Positions 24,631-36,769 of a stretch of DNA of 64,000 nucleotides are shown one piece after another (within the stretch, counting starts at the first letter, position 1; every line of letters starts with the position of its first letter). This stretch comes from Octopus bimaculoides (lineage: Eukaryota), in the NCBI RefSeq assembly GCF_001194135.2, contig NC_068987.1, forward strand, positions 11,869,881 to 11,933,880, in the 5' to 3' direction. The position numbers and the translations under genes were made by a program. The notes below the pieces were generated by a model. That model was not told where the DNA came from and did no database searches. It worked only from the letters and a program-made list of their open reading frames with translations.

Positions 24631-24884
24631 TACACACATTCTCTAACACATACATACACACAGTCTCTCTCTCTCTTACACACATACACATTCTCTAACA
24701 CACACACACACATTTTCTAACACACACATACACACATACACACACACACATGCATACATACACACTCATACATACGCACATCCATACGTACGTACATATA
24801 TACATTCATACATACATACACACATACGCACATACGCACATACATACATACATACATACATACATACATACATGCATGCATGTG

Positions 24885-24990
24885 TTAACTACATCCCAAA
24901 GATGGAGCCTTGTATCTTTGCTGGAAACTGGCTTCCTCCTCAATGGAAGATTTATAATAATCAAAAATAGAAGATACATACATACATACA
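24885..24990 (+). mobile_element. Isolated 3' UTR of an R4/Dong-type LINE ending in (TACA)n
   Basis: Homologous to 25695-25774; both end AGAAGA(TACA)n. Confidence 0.8.
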
Positions 24991-25039
24991 TACATACGTA
25001 CATACAAACATGCGTGATTGCTATTAAATACCTAATAAA

Positions 25040-25806
25040 CTAAAGAGACAAGGAAGCTCTTGGAGTTCCTAGATGTCACTGTAAATATAGATTATGTCAT
25101 ATTTCTGTGGAAGACATCACACATTTGATTAGCAGCTGCCTAAAAATGTCATCTACCGCTCTATGCAACATGACGTTGTCGCAAAAACAATATACAATGC
25201 CTTTCGGAAAAAAAAAAGATTGTCCTGGAATTAATATAGAGAATCCCGCTGTTATTGGATACAAATACAAGTATCAGAACAAGAAATACTGGTGGGACAT
25301 CCTCGTTAAAACATCTGTCAAATGTAAACATAACAAGTCGGAGATTGTTGTTTGGAAGAGACGAGAAAAAGTATGTGCCGCCAAAGAAGTCGGCTGTTCT
25401 GTTGATGTGAATATCTCTTTGAAAATGAGAGAGAAAGTAGATAACTATGGACAACTGCTGAGAAAACTCCTTCTTCTATATCCGGGTTACAATTTTACAT
25501 TTCTACCAAAAATAATTGGAGCACTTGGTCTTGTAAGTAAATGTCTAACTGTAACTCTGGGTAAGTTTGGATTTTCAAAAACAGAAATCAACCAACTGAT
25601 TCGCACATTACATATCCAATCTGTAAGGGAAACAGTAAAACTATGAAGACTTCTTCTCAGGTTTAAACTGTAACATTGTTTTCATTATCTACATTTCAAA
25701 GATGGAACTTTGTATCTTTGTTAGAAACCAGCTCCTTACTCAGAGGAAGAATTTAAATGATTAAAAACAGAAGATACATACATACAAACCAAAACATACA
25801 TACATA
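25040..25806 (+). pseudogene. 5'-truncated R4/Dong-type non-LTR retrotransposon (CCHC knuckle + restriction-like endonuclease), frameshifted
   Basis: KYRLCHISVEDITHLISSC (knuckle), QHDVVAKTIYNA in a shifted frame, WWDILVKTSVKCKHNKSEIVVW (degenerate PD), EKVDNY, IIGALGLV; 3' UTR and (TACA)n tail. Confidence 0.85.
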
Positions 25807-25824
25807 CATGTGTGTGTGTGTGAA

Positions 25825-26029
25825 GAACACTTAATCCGTTTGTCTGTCCTCTCTGTGTGTAGCCCCTTGTGGGCAGTAAAGAAATAAGAAACGTTAACAC
25901 GCCGGGCGAAATGCTTAGCGGTATTTCGTTTGTCTTTACGTTCTGAGTTCAAATTCCGCCGACTTTGCCTTTTATTTCTTTCAGGGTCGATAAATTAAGT
26001 ACCGGTTGCGTACTGGTCTCGATCTAATC
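25825..26029 (+). mobile_element. B1 tail fragment joined to a SINE B copy
   Basis: AAAGAAATAAG|AAACGTTAACACGCCGGGCG junction at 25888/25889. Confidence 0.85.
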
Positions 26030-26102
26030 NNNNNNNNNNNNNNNNNNNNNNNNNNNNNNNNNNNNNNNNNNNNNNNNNNNNNNNNNNNNNNNNNNNNNNN
26101 NN

Positions 26103-26330
26103 TATATGTTTGTGCCAGTCCATCGCAGCGTCACTCAACAAACAGGAAGAAAGAGTGAGAGAAAGTTGGGGCGAAAGAGTACAACAGGAGTCGCCACCAC
26201 CCACTGCCGGAGCCTCGTGGAGCTTTTAAGTGTTTTCGCTCAAATAAACACACACAACGCCTGGTCTGGGAATCGAAACCGTGATCCTCCGACCACAAGA
26301 CCCATAACCACTGGGCCATTGCGCCTCTAC
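26103..26330 (-). mobile_element. SINE family C, 5' part
   Basis: Head GTAGAGGCGCAATGGCCCAGTGG...GTTTCGATTCCCAGACC. Confidence 0.85.
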
Positions 26331-26788
26331 ACGTGAATTTATAGAAAAATAAAGATAAAATGGTAGGAAACAAATTATTTATAGTAAAACATTTAACAAC
26401 AGCAGAGCATGTTAGGGAAACAGAATTACACAAACAGAGTGCAGTGCAAAATATATAAAAATTACTTACAGTCTATATCCCGGTAAGTATAATGCATCCA
26501 CGTTACTGACGGATGTATAGACAAGTATCAGAATGACTAGTCCGCATGTCCACATCGAGAATGGTGAAGAAGCTTGATGTTTTGACATAGCACGTGGGTA
26601 CACTGAAGTGGAATCTAGAATGAAGAAGCGAAACTACGGTTATCCACGAAGTCGAAACTATTGTCCATATTTCAAGAGAATTGGAAATAATTATAATTTC
26701 AAATGATTTGCACAAGCAATGAAAATAGTCTTGGCCTGAAATCGTTTTGTCGGTCATTCGTCTATTACACACACACACATGACACATG

Positions 26789-26824
<36 letters not shown>

Positions 26825-26837
26825 CACAATAAATACA

Positions 26838-26889
<52 letters not shown>

Positions 26890-26909
26890 CATAGATATGT
26901 ATATATATG

Positions 26910-27196
26910 TGTAAGTGGATTTGGTAGATGGAAACTGAAAGAAGCCCATCGTATATATGTATATATATATATATGTATGTATGTGTGTGCATATGTTGTA
27001 TATCTGTGTTTGTCCCCCCAACATCGCTTGACAACCGATGCTGGTGTGTTTACGTCCCCGTAATCTAGCGGTTCGGCAAAAGAGAGTGATAAAATAAGTA
27101 CTGGGCTTACAAAGAATAAGTCCTGGGGTCAATTTGATTCGACTAAAGGCGGTGCTCCAGCATGGCCGCAGTCAAATGATTGAAACAAGTAAAAGT
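26910..27196 (+). mobile_element. SINE family A, 5'-truncated
   Basis: Match to the A body and tail. Confidence 0.92.
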
Positions 27197-28220
27197 GTAG
27201 ATATTATTTACTTTTATCTATTACTATAGCAATCCAATTTTAGTGTCATATATTTCGAAAGAGCATTATAATACTTTGTTCAATCGTTTCTGTCTTGGTA
27301 CCAGACACATTTCAAGTCCAGAGTGGATGTACTTGAGTAATGAACAGCAAGGAAAGTATAAACTTTGTCCACAATATGTTTGTTAATGGCCTCAACTTTT
27401 ATGTCGCTAACTTCGACTGATCCAAGATACAAAGAAATCAAATAACAGTTTTCTTACGTGACATTATAATGGATTTTGGTCAGCAAAAAGACACGTATTT
27501 TCTAGTGAATTGGAAGACTACAGAAGTCAATAGAAAAAGCTCGCTGCCAACGTAATTTCTGTTATTTTCCAGTTACAAATAAGTACATAAAGACTCTGGA
27601 AGCGATGAAGCTGTATTCTACGACTGCATGATGAATTAAACCAAAACTAACTAAATACAAGCATTAATAGCAGCACATTTTCGTACTTGTTTCATCACTT
27701 CGATATCATGAACGCACAATTAATCTAGCACACACACACACACACACACACACAAAGATAACGGTGGGAGAGTTTTGAAATCATTGTTGATAGCTTTTAA
27801 TGGTTTCACCCACTGGAAAGCCGATATAGAGTAAATCTAAAGAGCAGCTCATGAATCACATATGCTGTTAGTGAAGAAGAGTCATGTGAGGGGGAAGTTA
27901 AAGTTTTACATCTTCGAAGACTATCCATTGAATATTATATGTACAGACGTATAAAAAGCATAACTGTTTACAACGTTGCTTGACCTGTAAAGTATATAAC
28001 AACATGACTGATACAAAAGGCGGGTATTTTTCATATATGGATGCAGGCATGGGGGTGTAATTAGGAAGCTCACTTTGAAACCACGTACTTTAAGATCACG
28101 TACAATCCTGCGGTATCTTCGGCACGTATCTTCTTCTATAGCCCCGGGCCAACCAATGCTTTGAGAAAGAATTTCGAAGATGGAAAATGAGTGGAAACCC
28201 GTCGTATATATATATATACA

Positions 28221-28594
28221 CTAGCTGTTGGACCCGGCGTTGCTCGTGTTTTCTGTGTTGAAGTTAAGCCCACCTCTGACCTTGCATTGAATAAGCATTT
28301 CTATCGATTTTGTTGAAATTTTACACGTGAAAAAATGCAAAAGCTGCAGGAAAAATAACATCGTTATGGAAATTTCCATTCAAACACCCGATTGAGCTCA
28401 CAAAAATCCATGCCAACTAAGCATTATCGAGTTTTCGAAAAATTCCGGCCTTATTTAAACTTCAGGCCAGGTGATCTACCTATGTGCCAAAAATCATTGT
28501 AATCGGTTGGACGGTGTGGGAGGAGCTAGAGTAACCCCGAACATACACACAAAGACAGACACCCTTACACATTTATGTATGCATGTATATATAT
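28221..28594 (-). mobile_element. Non-autonomous Helitron (HINE-like); 5' end lost in gap
   Basis: Minus-strand 3' terminus GAGCAACGCCGGGT..CAGCTAG|T; 5' region with microsatellite and CCAACCGATTACAATGATTTTTGGCACA. Confidence 0.75.
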
Positions 28595-28809
28595 NNNNNN
28601 NNNNNNNNNNNNNNNNNNNNNNNNNNNNNNNNNNNNNNNNNNNNNNNNNNNNNNNNNNNNNNNNNNNNNNNNNNNNNNNNNNNNNNNNNNNNNNNNNNNN
28701 NNNNNNNNNNNNNNNNNNNNNNNNNNNNNNNNNNNNNNNNNNNNNNNNNNNNNNNNNNNNNNNNNNNNNNNNNNNNNNNNNNNNNNNNNNNNNATATATA
28801 TATAAATGA

Positions 28810-28970
28810 TTGCTATATTACTTCAATCCTCACTGTACAATGTAGGAATATTATTATGCAACCTGAATGCAAACTACTGATGGAACTTTTTATCATTCCC
28901 GTTAAAATATCCATTAAAATCTCCGTGAAATGTAAGCATAATAGATCCAGCATAGTTTATTCGATAAGGT
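28810..28970 (+). pseudogene. Second decayed R4/Dong-type endonuclease fragment
   Basis: IKISVKCKHNRSSIV matches VKTSVKCKHNKSEIV of the 25107 ORF. Confidence 0.5.
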
Positions 28971-29821
28971 AAAACAACAACAACAACAAACGAACAAAGA
29001 TCTACAGTAGCAATGCGAGTGCAACTGATATGACTACCGCATCGAATTCAATGGAAAGGGAGGATATCGATGGTCAGCGGATGTAGAATCTACAACCATC
29101 TCATCGTATTATAAATTCATTTTAGATTTAGAATCATTTTGGGAACGTGGTTACATTATCAATGTTTATGCAGCAGAATATGTCAAGTTACCTTTTGATA
29201 AAAAAAAAAAAAAAAGTTTCCAATTCCTTAAACACAATCTGTTAGCAACATAATAATAATAAAAAAAAAATGTAAACCTTCTTCCAAAGAGTTAGTTTTG
29301 CATTTGATTGAAATTATCAACAAAGATCTTAGCTCTTTGTTACAGACCGACTCCTGTTCTGTTCAATAATCTTCCATTCAATAAAAATGTTAGTAATATA
29401 AGCGTGTGCATTAAAACCAACGACTCTGCGTGATTACAAAATGTCTAAACGTAAATTTAAAGCAGATTTGCTAGGAAAACGTTAGGAGGGAAAATAAGAA
29501 ACCACAGCGTGTGGTATCGGTATTATCTCGATATAAAAATGTTGTGTAATCGATGTTATATTCATGAAGAATTATCAAATGTATAGCGTTATGAAAAAAT
29601 TTGCATTTTTTTTTTCTTTTCACATCTAATAGAACGCTTTTCAGATTTTAGATCACTCACTCTAGATGCAAGCATAGCTGTGTGGTTAAGAAACTCGACT
29701 TGCAACTACGCGCTTTAAGGTTCATTATCACAGCGCGGCACTTTGGGAACATATCTTATAGTTTAGTCTCGGGTCGACAAATTCTTTGTGAGTAAATTTA
29801 ATAGGCAGAAACTGTACTGAA

Positions 29822-30028
29822 CGGCGGCGAGCTGGCAAAAACGTTACCCCGCGGGGCGAAATGCTCAGCAGTATTTCGTCTGCCGTTACGTTCTGAGTCC
29901 AAATTCCGCCGAGGTCGACTTTGCCTTTCATCCTTTCGCACTGGGGTCGATGTAATCGACTTAATCCCTTTGCCTGTCCTTGTTTGTCCCCTCTATGTTT
30001 AACCCCTTGTGGGCAATAAAGAAATAAA
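29822..30028 (+). mobile_element. SINE B (B1 tail) inserted in an old A-type SINE
   Basis: 13-bp TSD AAACTGTAYTGAA at 29809-29821 and 30029-30041. Confidence 0.9.
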
Positions 30029-30618
30029 AAACTGTATTGAAACCCGTCATACATATATANNNNNNNNNNNNNNNNNNNNNNNNNNNNNNNNNNNNNNNNN
30101 NNNNNNNNNNNNNNNNNNNNNNNNNNNNNNNNNNNNNNNNNNNNNNNNNNNNNNNNNNNNNNNNNNNNNNNNNNNNNNNNNNNNNNNNNNNNNNNNNNNN
30201 NNNNNNNNNNNNNNNNNNNNNNNNNNNNNNNNNNNNNNNNNNNNNNNNNNNNNNNNNNNNNNNNNNNNNNNNNNNNNNNNNNNNNNNNNNNNNNNNNNNN
30301 NNNNNNNNNNNNNNNNNNNNNNNNNNNNNNNNNNNNNNNNNNNNNNNNNNNNNNNNNNNNNNNNNNNNNNNNNNNNNNNNNNNNNNNNNNNNNNNNNNNN
30401 NNNNNNNNNNNNNNNNNNNNNNNNNNNNNNNNNNNNNNNNNNNNNNNNNNNNNNNNNNNNNNNNNNNNNNNNNNNNNNNNNNNNNNNNNNNNNNNNNNNN
30501 NNNNNNNNNNNNNNNNNNNNNNNNNNNNNNNNNNNNNNNNNNNNNNNNNNNNNNNNNNNNNNNNNNNNNNNNNNNNNNNNNNNNNNNNNNNNNNNNNNNN
30601 NNNNNNNNNNNNNNNNNN

Positions 30619-30915
30619 GTGAGTGTTTATTGAGCGAAAACACCCAAGCTCCACGAGGCTCCGGCAGGGGATGGTGGCGAACCCTGCTGCACTCTCTCAC
30701 CACAACTTGCTCTCACTCTTACTTCCTGTTTCTGTTGTGCCTGTAATTCAAAGGGTTAGCCTTGTCACACTGTGTCACGCTGAATATCCCCGAGAACTAC
30801 GTTAAGGGTATACGTGTCTGTGGAGTGCTCAGTCACTTGCACGTTAATTTCACGAGTAGGCTGTTCCATTGATCGGATCAACTGGAACCCTCAACATCGT
30901 AAGCGACGGAGTGCC
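30619..30915 (+). mobile_element. SINE family C (5' end in gap)
   Basis: Match to 22031-22375. Confidence 0.9.
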
Positions 30916-31149
30916 AACAACAAACAAAATTCGCTTCTATTTTCACTCATTACACCTACTTTGCATTGATGGAAGCGGAGGCAGTCTGTTCTAAGCAAGT
31001 TGCCTGCGAATAAAGGTATAACGTCAAGAAAAAAAAGACATTCGATTCTTATCCATTGATAGATATAGGAAGCTGAGATTACGATTCTTAAAAGGATTAA
31101 CGTGTTACTTTATTTCATTGCATCTCCGGATACGCCAACTATAAACATA

Positions 31150-31697
31150 TGCGCTGGTTCTATTATTGGTGGCTGTGGCGAAAGAGGTTTGATGGACGAA
31201 AGGTATGAGGACTGATACATTCCTCTTTGGTAGGGCTCTCATTGATTTCTTCAAGTTTTACTCGAAAAAGAAGTTGAGAGTGGAGAGCGAAGTGCTGTTC
31301 CCGAGTGAGTTCATTGAAAGGTGGGTGAAAGCTGCGAAAAGGGCAAGAGTGGATGGTAGCTCTCTGAATGTAGACCTGGGAGTCGGAGAGAAGGAATTGG
31401 AGAGGGCACTTGCTCCTAGGATTTCAGAGAAATCTCGAACAGTGGGGATCCTCGATTATCCCTAGAGGCGTTCTTATATCAGGAGGGCCACATCTCTATC
31501 ATCCTCCCCGCCATTTTATTTTAGCTATGTATGCTATCCCATCTTTTCCAGTGTATACCATGTATACTTTTAAAAATTTTACTTTATTTTTATATTTTTT
31601 ATTTTTTGCTATCATTTCATTATTATATTTAACACCCACACTTTATGTCCGTCTCTGTATTGTCTCCCTCATCCTTCGCCCTTGTGGCAAATAAATG

Positions 31698-31729
<32 letters not shown>

Positions 31730-31730
31730 G
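31150..31730 (+). pseudogene. 3' end of a Tx1/L1-type LINE with 3' UTR, AATAAA and (ATC)n tail
   Basis: TDTFLFGRALIDFFKFYSKKKLRVESEVL...FIERWVKAAKRARV resembles Tx1-type ORF2 C-termini; AATAAA precedes (ATC)n. Confidence 0.7.
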
Positions 31731-32024
31731 TCTTGACAAACCTAATTGTTTGGTTGAAGTCAACCTCGGCAGAATTTGAACTCAGAATATAAAAAGCTGG
31801 AAGAAATGTCGTTAAGACGATAAAGTTTATTGAAGCTGGTGTACATGTGATAGGCACAACAATCTTCTGGCTATTTGAAAACATCTTGAATGACTGAACT
31901 TCTTATGTTAGTAATCAACGGCGGAAATAGAAGACAGAAATGTACGGAAGCAGCCGAAAAATCCAGAAGTTTTATTTGATTATTTTTTTGAATGAAAAAT
32001 ACCTGTGTGAAGTATTGATCTTAC

Positions 32025-32115
32025 ATATGGATCTTGTTTGATGTATTTAGATAAGTTTGTTGTTAGATAAGCAATAAACTTTAGAGATATTAGGGAGGCC
32101 ATCTTGTCTCTAAAT
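32025..32115 (-). CDS. Candidate 91-nt exon (FRDKMASLISLKFIAYLTTNLSKYIKQDPY), unidentified gene
   Basis: ttacag acceptor, TAT|gtaaga donor, a single open frame, repeat-free context. Confidence 0.4.
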
Positions 32116-32399
32116 CTGTAATGTCGGAAATAAGAGGCAACGCCGAATTCATTCTATAATTACTGCCCTGATTACGTTTTAAGAATTAATGAAATAGACT
32201 TAAACGATATCGGCTTTCATTTTAAAATCTTTATCAAAATCTGCATGATAATACTTATCTACAGTGAAGATAACAATCATTGCAATTAGTCTGTCTTAAT
32301 GAGTTTAGAGACGTGTTTCTACTGAGAGAGTTAGCGGTCTACCAGAAGAAAAAAATGAATAAGAAATTACAAAAAACAAAACAAAAAAATAGAAACAAT

Positions 32400-32611
32400 G
32401 AACGTCATCATCATCATCACTCCCACCACATCATAACTATTATTAATCTCCCCCAATCATCATCATCACCATCATCATCCTGCCATCATCATCATTACCA
32501 ACAACACCCCACCACTATCCTCCTCATCTTCATGCTCCAAAAAAACCACCACCACCACCACCACCATCATCATCATCAATCCACACCCAATCATCTTCAT
32601 CATCATTACTC

Positions 32612-32675
<64 letters not shown>

Positions 32676-32763
32676 AACAACACCCCACCACCATCTTCCG
32701 CATCCTCACACTCTAAAACCACCACCAACAGCAACAACATCAACAACAGCAACAACAACAACG

Positions 32764-32823
<60 letters not shown>

Positions 32824-32833
32824 NNNNNNNNNN

Positions 32834-32866
<33 letters not shown>
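32400..32866. repeat. Compound (CAT)/(CAC)/(CAA)n tract
   Basis: Direct reading; source of the poly-H/I/N/Q pseudo-ORFs. Confidence 0.97.
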
Positions 32867-32867
<1 letters not shown>

Positions 32868-32999
32868 GCCAATGAAGGAGACCTCTACATTGTTACTCGA
32901 TCCGCTAAAAATAGCATCCGATATTTTTCTCGAATGACCCTCTGGCATCTTAATAACAAAGAAAAGCAGATTGAGTAATGCAGTCCAAAGTAAACGATT

Positions 33000-33545
33000 G
33001 TGGTCACGTCTAAGCAGATTTGACCTTTGATCTACGTGGTGAAAACTGACTTGGGGTTAAGCAACAGCAAAAATGAGCCAATGAGGCAAGCTTGTAAGCG
33101 GTCACTTGATCTGCTAGAAACAGCAGCTAAAATTCCCTCAAACCAGAGACATTGGCAGGTCTTAGATACCCCCAAAATAAGATGGAATAGAATGGGATGG
33201 TCATAGCCGGAGATCTTTGATCCAAAGCTAGATCAATCAGCATTAACCTGGGGTTAAACACCACCACCACCACCAAAACTTATGAGTTTATTATCATTGA
33301 TGTTTTAGAAAGTTATAGAAACCTCATTAACATAAAAGCTGGTTGCTAATTATCATATTCTAATCAGTTGAAAGGAAAATGTTATATTTAGAAATAAAAT
33401 ATCATTGCACATTGAAGGATGAAAGATGACGTAATAATTCTATTTTAAATGGACTAAACCACAGTTTTTGTAGTTGTTCTTTAGCCCAGTTCAGTCTTGA
33501 CAGAGTCAATTTATGATCAAAGGAGTTCCAGCCTTGACCATCTCT
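33000..33545. mobile_element. Tail fragments of a further interspersed repeat: direct copies plus one inverted
   Basis: GATGGTCATAGCCGGAGATCTTTGATC..GGGGTTAAAC (about 33195-33260) has a reverse-complement relative at about 33478-33545. Confidence 0.55.
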
Positions 33546-33643
33546 CCTGTAGTTATGCATATCTAAAACTACATTATCTAACGTGTTATTCGATTTTTGA
33601 GGCAGTAAGTCGTAATATGAAGGCGAGACGTGACTGCTATATA

Positions 33644-33858
33644 CAGGGTGGCCCAAAAGTAGGTTTACATTTATTCAACTACCTCTTTCGCATTCATATA
33701 TTAACAGTTTAGATCTTAATTATATAAAAAAAATATGAAACCATTATTCTATGCTAATTTAGTTAATTGTAAGGTAGAAATTTAAATGTAATAAAATGTT
33801 TTAAAAGAAATTCAAAGCACCTACGTGATAACTGTAAACCTACTTTTGGTCCACCCTG
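33644..33858. mobile_element. Tc1/mariner-type MITE (215 bp)
   Basis: 26-bp TIRs CAGGGTGGCCCAAAAGTAGGTTTACA / TGTAAACCTACTTTTGGTCCACCCTG (one mismatch); TA on the left flank. Confidence 0.9.
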
Positions 33859-33989
33859 TGTAGAAGTACAATTGACTGCAACGAAATTCTTATAATTTGT
33901 TCGTTTTCTTTTTGTGAAGGGGATAGGGGAATGAAACGGAATGAAGGGGATAGGGGAATTTAGCATTATCTCCGTTGCTTTCAATAATT

Positions 33990-34210
33990 TTAACTTCCGA
34001 ATCGAGTCATCCGGTTTCTTACTCATACACATTTTTTCTAGAACAATCCTTGCTCCACCTCCTCCGCTGTGTGATCAGATTATACATCAGCTACATAAAT
34101 CTCACCTCTGGGAAGAGGCCTGGCTTCTATCCTTTGGACTGTCCAGCATGGGGAGCCTTACCAAGAGCTTGTACTCTGCTGGTATAACTCTCAGCATCAT
34201 TGAGGTAAAA
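33990..34210 (-). pseudogene. Probable decayed R4/Dong-type LINE fragment
   Basis: YKLLVRLPMLDSPK / IEARPLPRGE resembles RKLL..HPKxDxxRLYLPRxEG. Confidence 0.4.
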
Positions 34211-34239
34211 AGATAAAGTTATATTCTTTAGTCATACCG

Positions 34240-34465
34240 ACTCATAAGGTCCGGTTTCTTGGTTTCCATGGCGTATATATTCCCCACATGGACGGGATGC
34301 CAGTCCGTCGCAAGATCACTCATTTTTGTCAGCTGAGTGGATTGGAGCAACGTGAAATGAAGTGTTTCGCTCAAGAACACAACGCGTCGCCCGGTCCAGG
34401 AATCGAAACCACAATCTTACGATCATGAGTCCAACACCTTACCCACTAAGCCACGCGCTTCCACA
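34240..34465 (-). mobile_element. SINE family D, full length
   Basis: Head GTGGAAGCGCGTGGCTTAGTGG...GGTTTCGATTCCTGGACC; body matches 21775-22030. Confidence 0.9.
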
Positions 34466-34759
34466 ATCATTAAGGCACACAAGCTACCACACTACAACAA
34501 TGACTGGACCTTGTAGTGGCCTTTAGTCTTCTCTGTCGATAAAATAAGAACCAGTGAATTACTGATGTCGATTTAATTGAATTTTCTATCTCTATAGATT
34601 TGAGGCCTTGCGCGAATGTTTGCAATCGATGGTCAGATACAAATGAATTGACTGGCATGAAACGAATTTCAAAGCTTAGAAAACTGCCGGCTGTTTAAAT
34701 GCTCGTCCTCTGACAGCAAAATCTCTTTATATGGTTTAGCTAATAAAACAATTTAATCA

Positions 34760-35070
34760 TAAGGAAGCAAAAGAACAGAAAAAGAAAAAAATGGAGTAGG
34801 GAATTAAGCAGCAGAAGATGGAGTGGGAGGGAGCAACGGGTGGCATACCCCAGAACAAATGGTGTGTTCAGCCACGCCCCGCAGTCAGGACCGCGATAGC
34901 GTTGCCGCGGAGAATGGCAAACGACGTTCGCCGCAGCGGCCACTCTACCCCGTGGAGCTAATTTCTCGGGTGGGCCGCCGTTATTCCGATTTTGAAGTTG
35001 CATGGGGATTCGAGAAAACCTAAAGTCTCGGCGGTGGGCGGCGCAAACATCAACGGCCGGTTAGGTCTTG
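34760..35070 (-). pseudogene. 3' end of a CRE-clade non-LTR retrotransposon
   Basis: AETLGF...WPLRRTSFAILRGNAIAVLTAG matches the ETLG...RxSxAIxRGNAxxVL C-terminus typical of CRE-type elements; GC-rich. Confidence 0.65.
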
Positions 35071-35589
35071 CATTTATTTACGAACAATAAATCCTGCTAN
35101 NNNNNNNNNNNNNNNNNNNNNNNNNNNNNNNNNNNNNNNNNNNNNNNNNNNNNNNNNNNNNNNNNNNNNNNNNNNNNNNNNNNNNNNNNNNNNNNNNNNN
35201 NNNNNNNNNNNNNNNNNNNNNNNNNNNNNNNNNNNNNNNNNNNNNNNNNNNNNNNNNNNNNNNNNNNNNNNNNNNNNNNNNNNNNNNNNNNNNNNNNNNN
35301 NNNNNNNNNNNNNNNNNNNNNNNNNNNNNNNNNNNNNNNNNNNNNNNNNNNNNNNNNNNNNNNNNNNNNNNNNNNNNNNNNNNNNNNNNNNNNNNNNNNN
35401 NNNNNNNNNNNNNNNNNNNNNNNNNNNNNNNNNNNNNNNNNNNNNNNNNNNNNNNNNNNNNNNNNNNNNNNNNNNNNNNNNNNNNNNNNNNNNNNNNNNN
35501 NNNNNNNNNNNNNNNNNNNNNNNNNNNNNNNNNNNNNNNNNNNNNNNNNNNNNNNNNNNNNNNNNNNNNNNNNNTATATGTGTGTGCAT

Positions 35590-35958
35590 GCGCAGGAGTG
35601 GCTGTGTGGTAAGTATCTTGTTTCCCAACCACATGGTTCCGGGTTCGGTTCCACTGCGTGGCACCTTGGCCAAGTATCTGCTACTATAGCCTCGGGGTCG
35701 ACCAAAGCCTTGTGAGTGGATTTGGTAGGCGGAAACTGAAAGAAGCCAGTCGTATGTATATATATTTGTGTGTTTATGTCCCCCAACATCTCTTGACAAC
35801 CGATGCTGGTGTGTTTACGTCCCCGTAACTTAGCGGTTCGGCAAAAGAAACCGACAGAATAAGTACTAGGCTTACAAAGAATAAGTCCTGGGGTCGATTT
35901 GTTCGACTAAAGGTGGGGCCCTTCAGCATGGCCTCAGTCAAACGACTGAAACATTAAA
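35590..35958 (+). mobile_element. SINE family A, full length
   Basis: Match to other A copies. Confidence 0.93.
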
Positions 35959-36114
35959 TGAAGCAGTACAAAAAAACAAAACAAAAAAAAAACAAAAACA
36001 TCAGATAAGAAAAAGGCAGTCGTGGAGAAAAAAGCGAACGAGTTCAGGCTGTTGTACGTCTTTTGTTCGGCTCTGTAACGATTTTGCCAGCTTGATTCTT
36101 TAATAATAATAATC

Positions 36115-36325
36115 CTTCCTACTAAAGGCATAAGGCCTGAAATTTGATGAGAGAGGAGTAGTCGATTACATCGACCCAAGTGTTTCACTGGTGCTTAATT
36201 TATCGATTCCGAAAGGATGAAAGGCAAAGTCGACCTCGGCGGAATTTGAACTCAGAACGTAAAGCTGGACGAAATGCTGCGAAGTACTTTGTCCGGCGCG
36301 GTAACGATGTTGCCAGTTCGCCGCC
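36115..36325 (-). mobile_element. SINE family B (B2 tail)
   Basis: Full reverse-complement match; (TAC)n adjacent. Confidence 0.9.
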
Positions 36326-36327
36326 TT

Positions 36328-36377
<50 letters not shown>

Positions 36378-36655
36378 TTACTCCATCCCCAACTTTTATT
36401 TCTACAACATCCTTCAGCAACCGTCAATTCTCATTAATTTCCCCAGCTGGAAATTGTAGCCGGAAAATTATAATTGCGAAGATGAGTCAGAAAGTAATGC
36501 AATTTTTTGTTTGCTGCATTAGTTTCTGATTCAACATTGTCCCTTGCAAGTTTATAAGTAAATTTGATACTGAGGAGGAAAAAAAAATTGAAACGTTTCT
36601 TGCTAAACCATGCGCCAGATAAGAATAGCGTCACAGAAGCCTCTCACCCACTCAC

Positions 36656-36730
36656 GTTCTATGTCTTTCTTTGTTTCAGGAGCGACCTCCCCTGCTCTCT
36701 TTATCACGAAATTTTCGTTTTGCTTTTTAG
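36656..36730 (-). CDS. Candidate 75-nt exon (KKQNENFVIKRAGEVAPETKKDIE), unidentified gene
   Basis: catccag acceptor, AAC|gtgagt donor, one open frame, symmetric phase 1-1. Confidence 0.4.
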
Positions 36731-36769
36731 CTGGATGAATATGTAATGGTAAAAGTATGTCAAAAATAG

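Noticed and set aside
25107-25646. 179-aa ORF as a host gene
   Set aside because: It is a frameshifted retrotransposon endonuclease fragment.
32280-32978. 232-aa His/Ile/Asn/Gln-rich ORF
   Set aside because: Translation of a (CAT)/(CAA)n tract containing an N gap; no domain.
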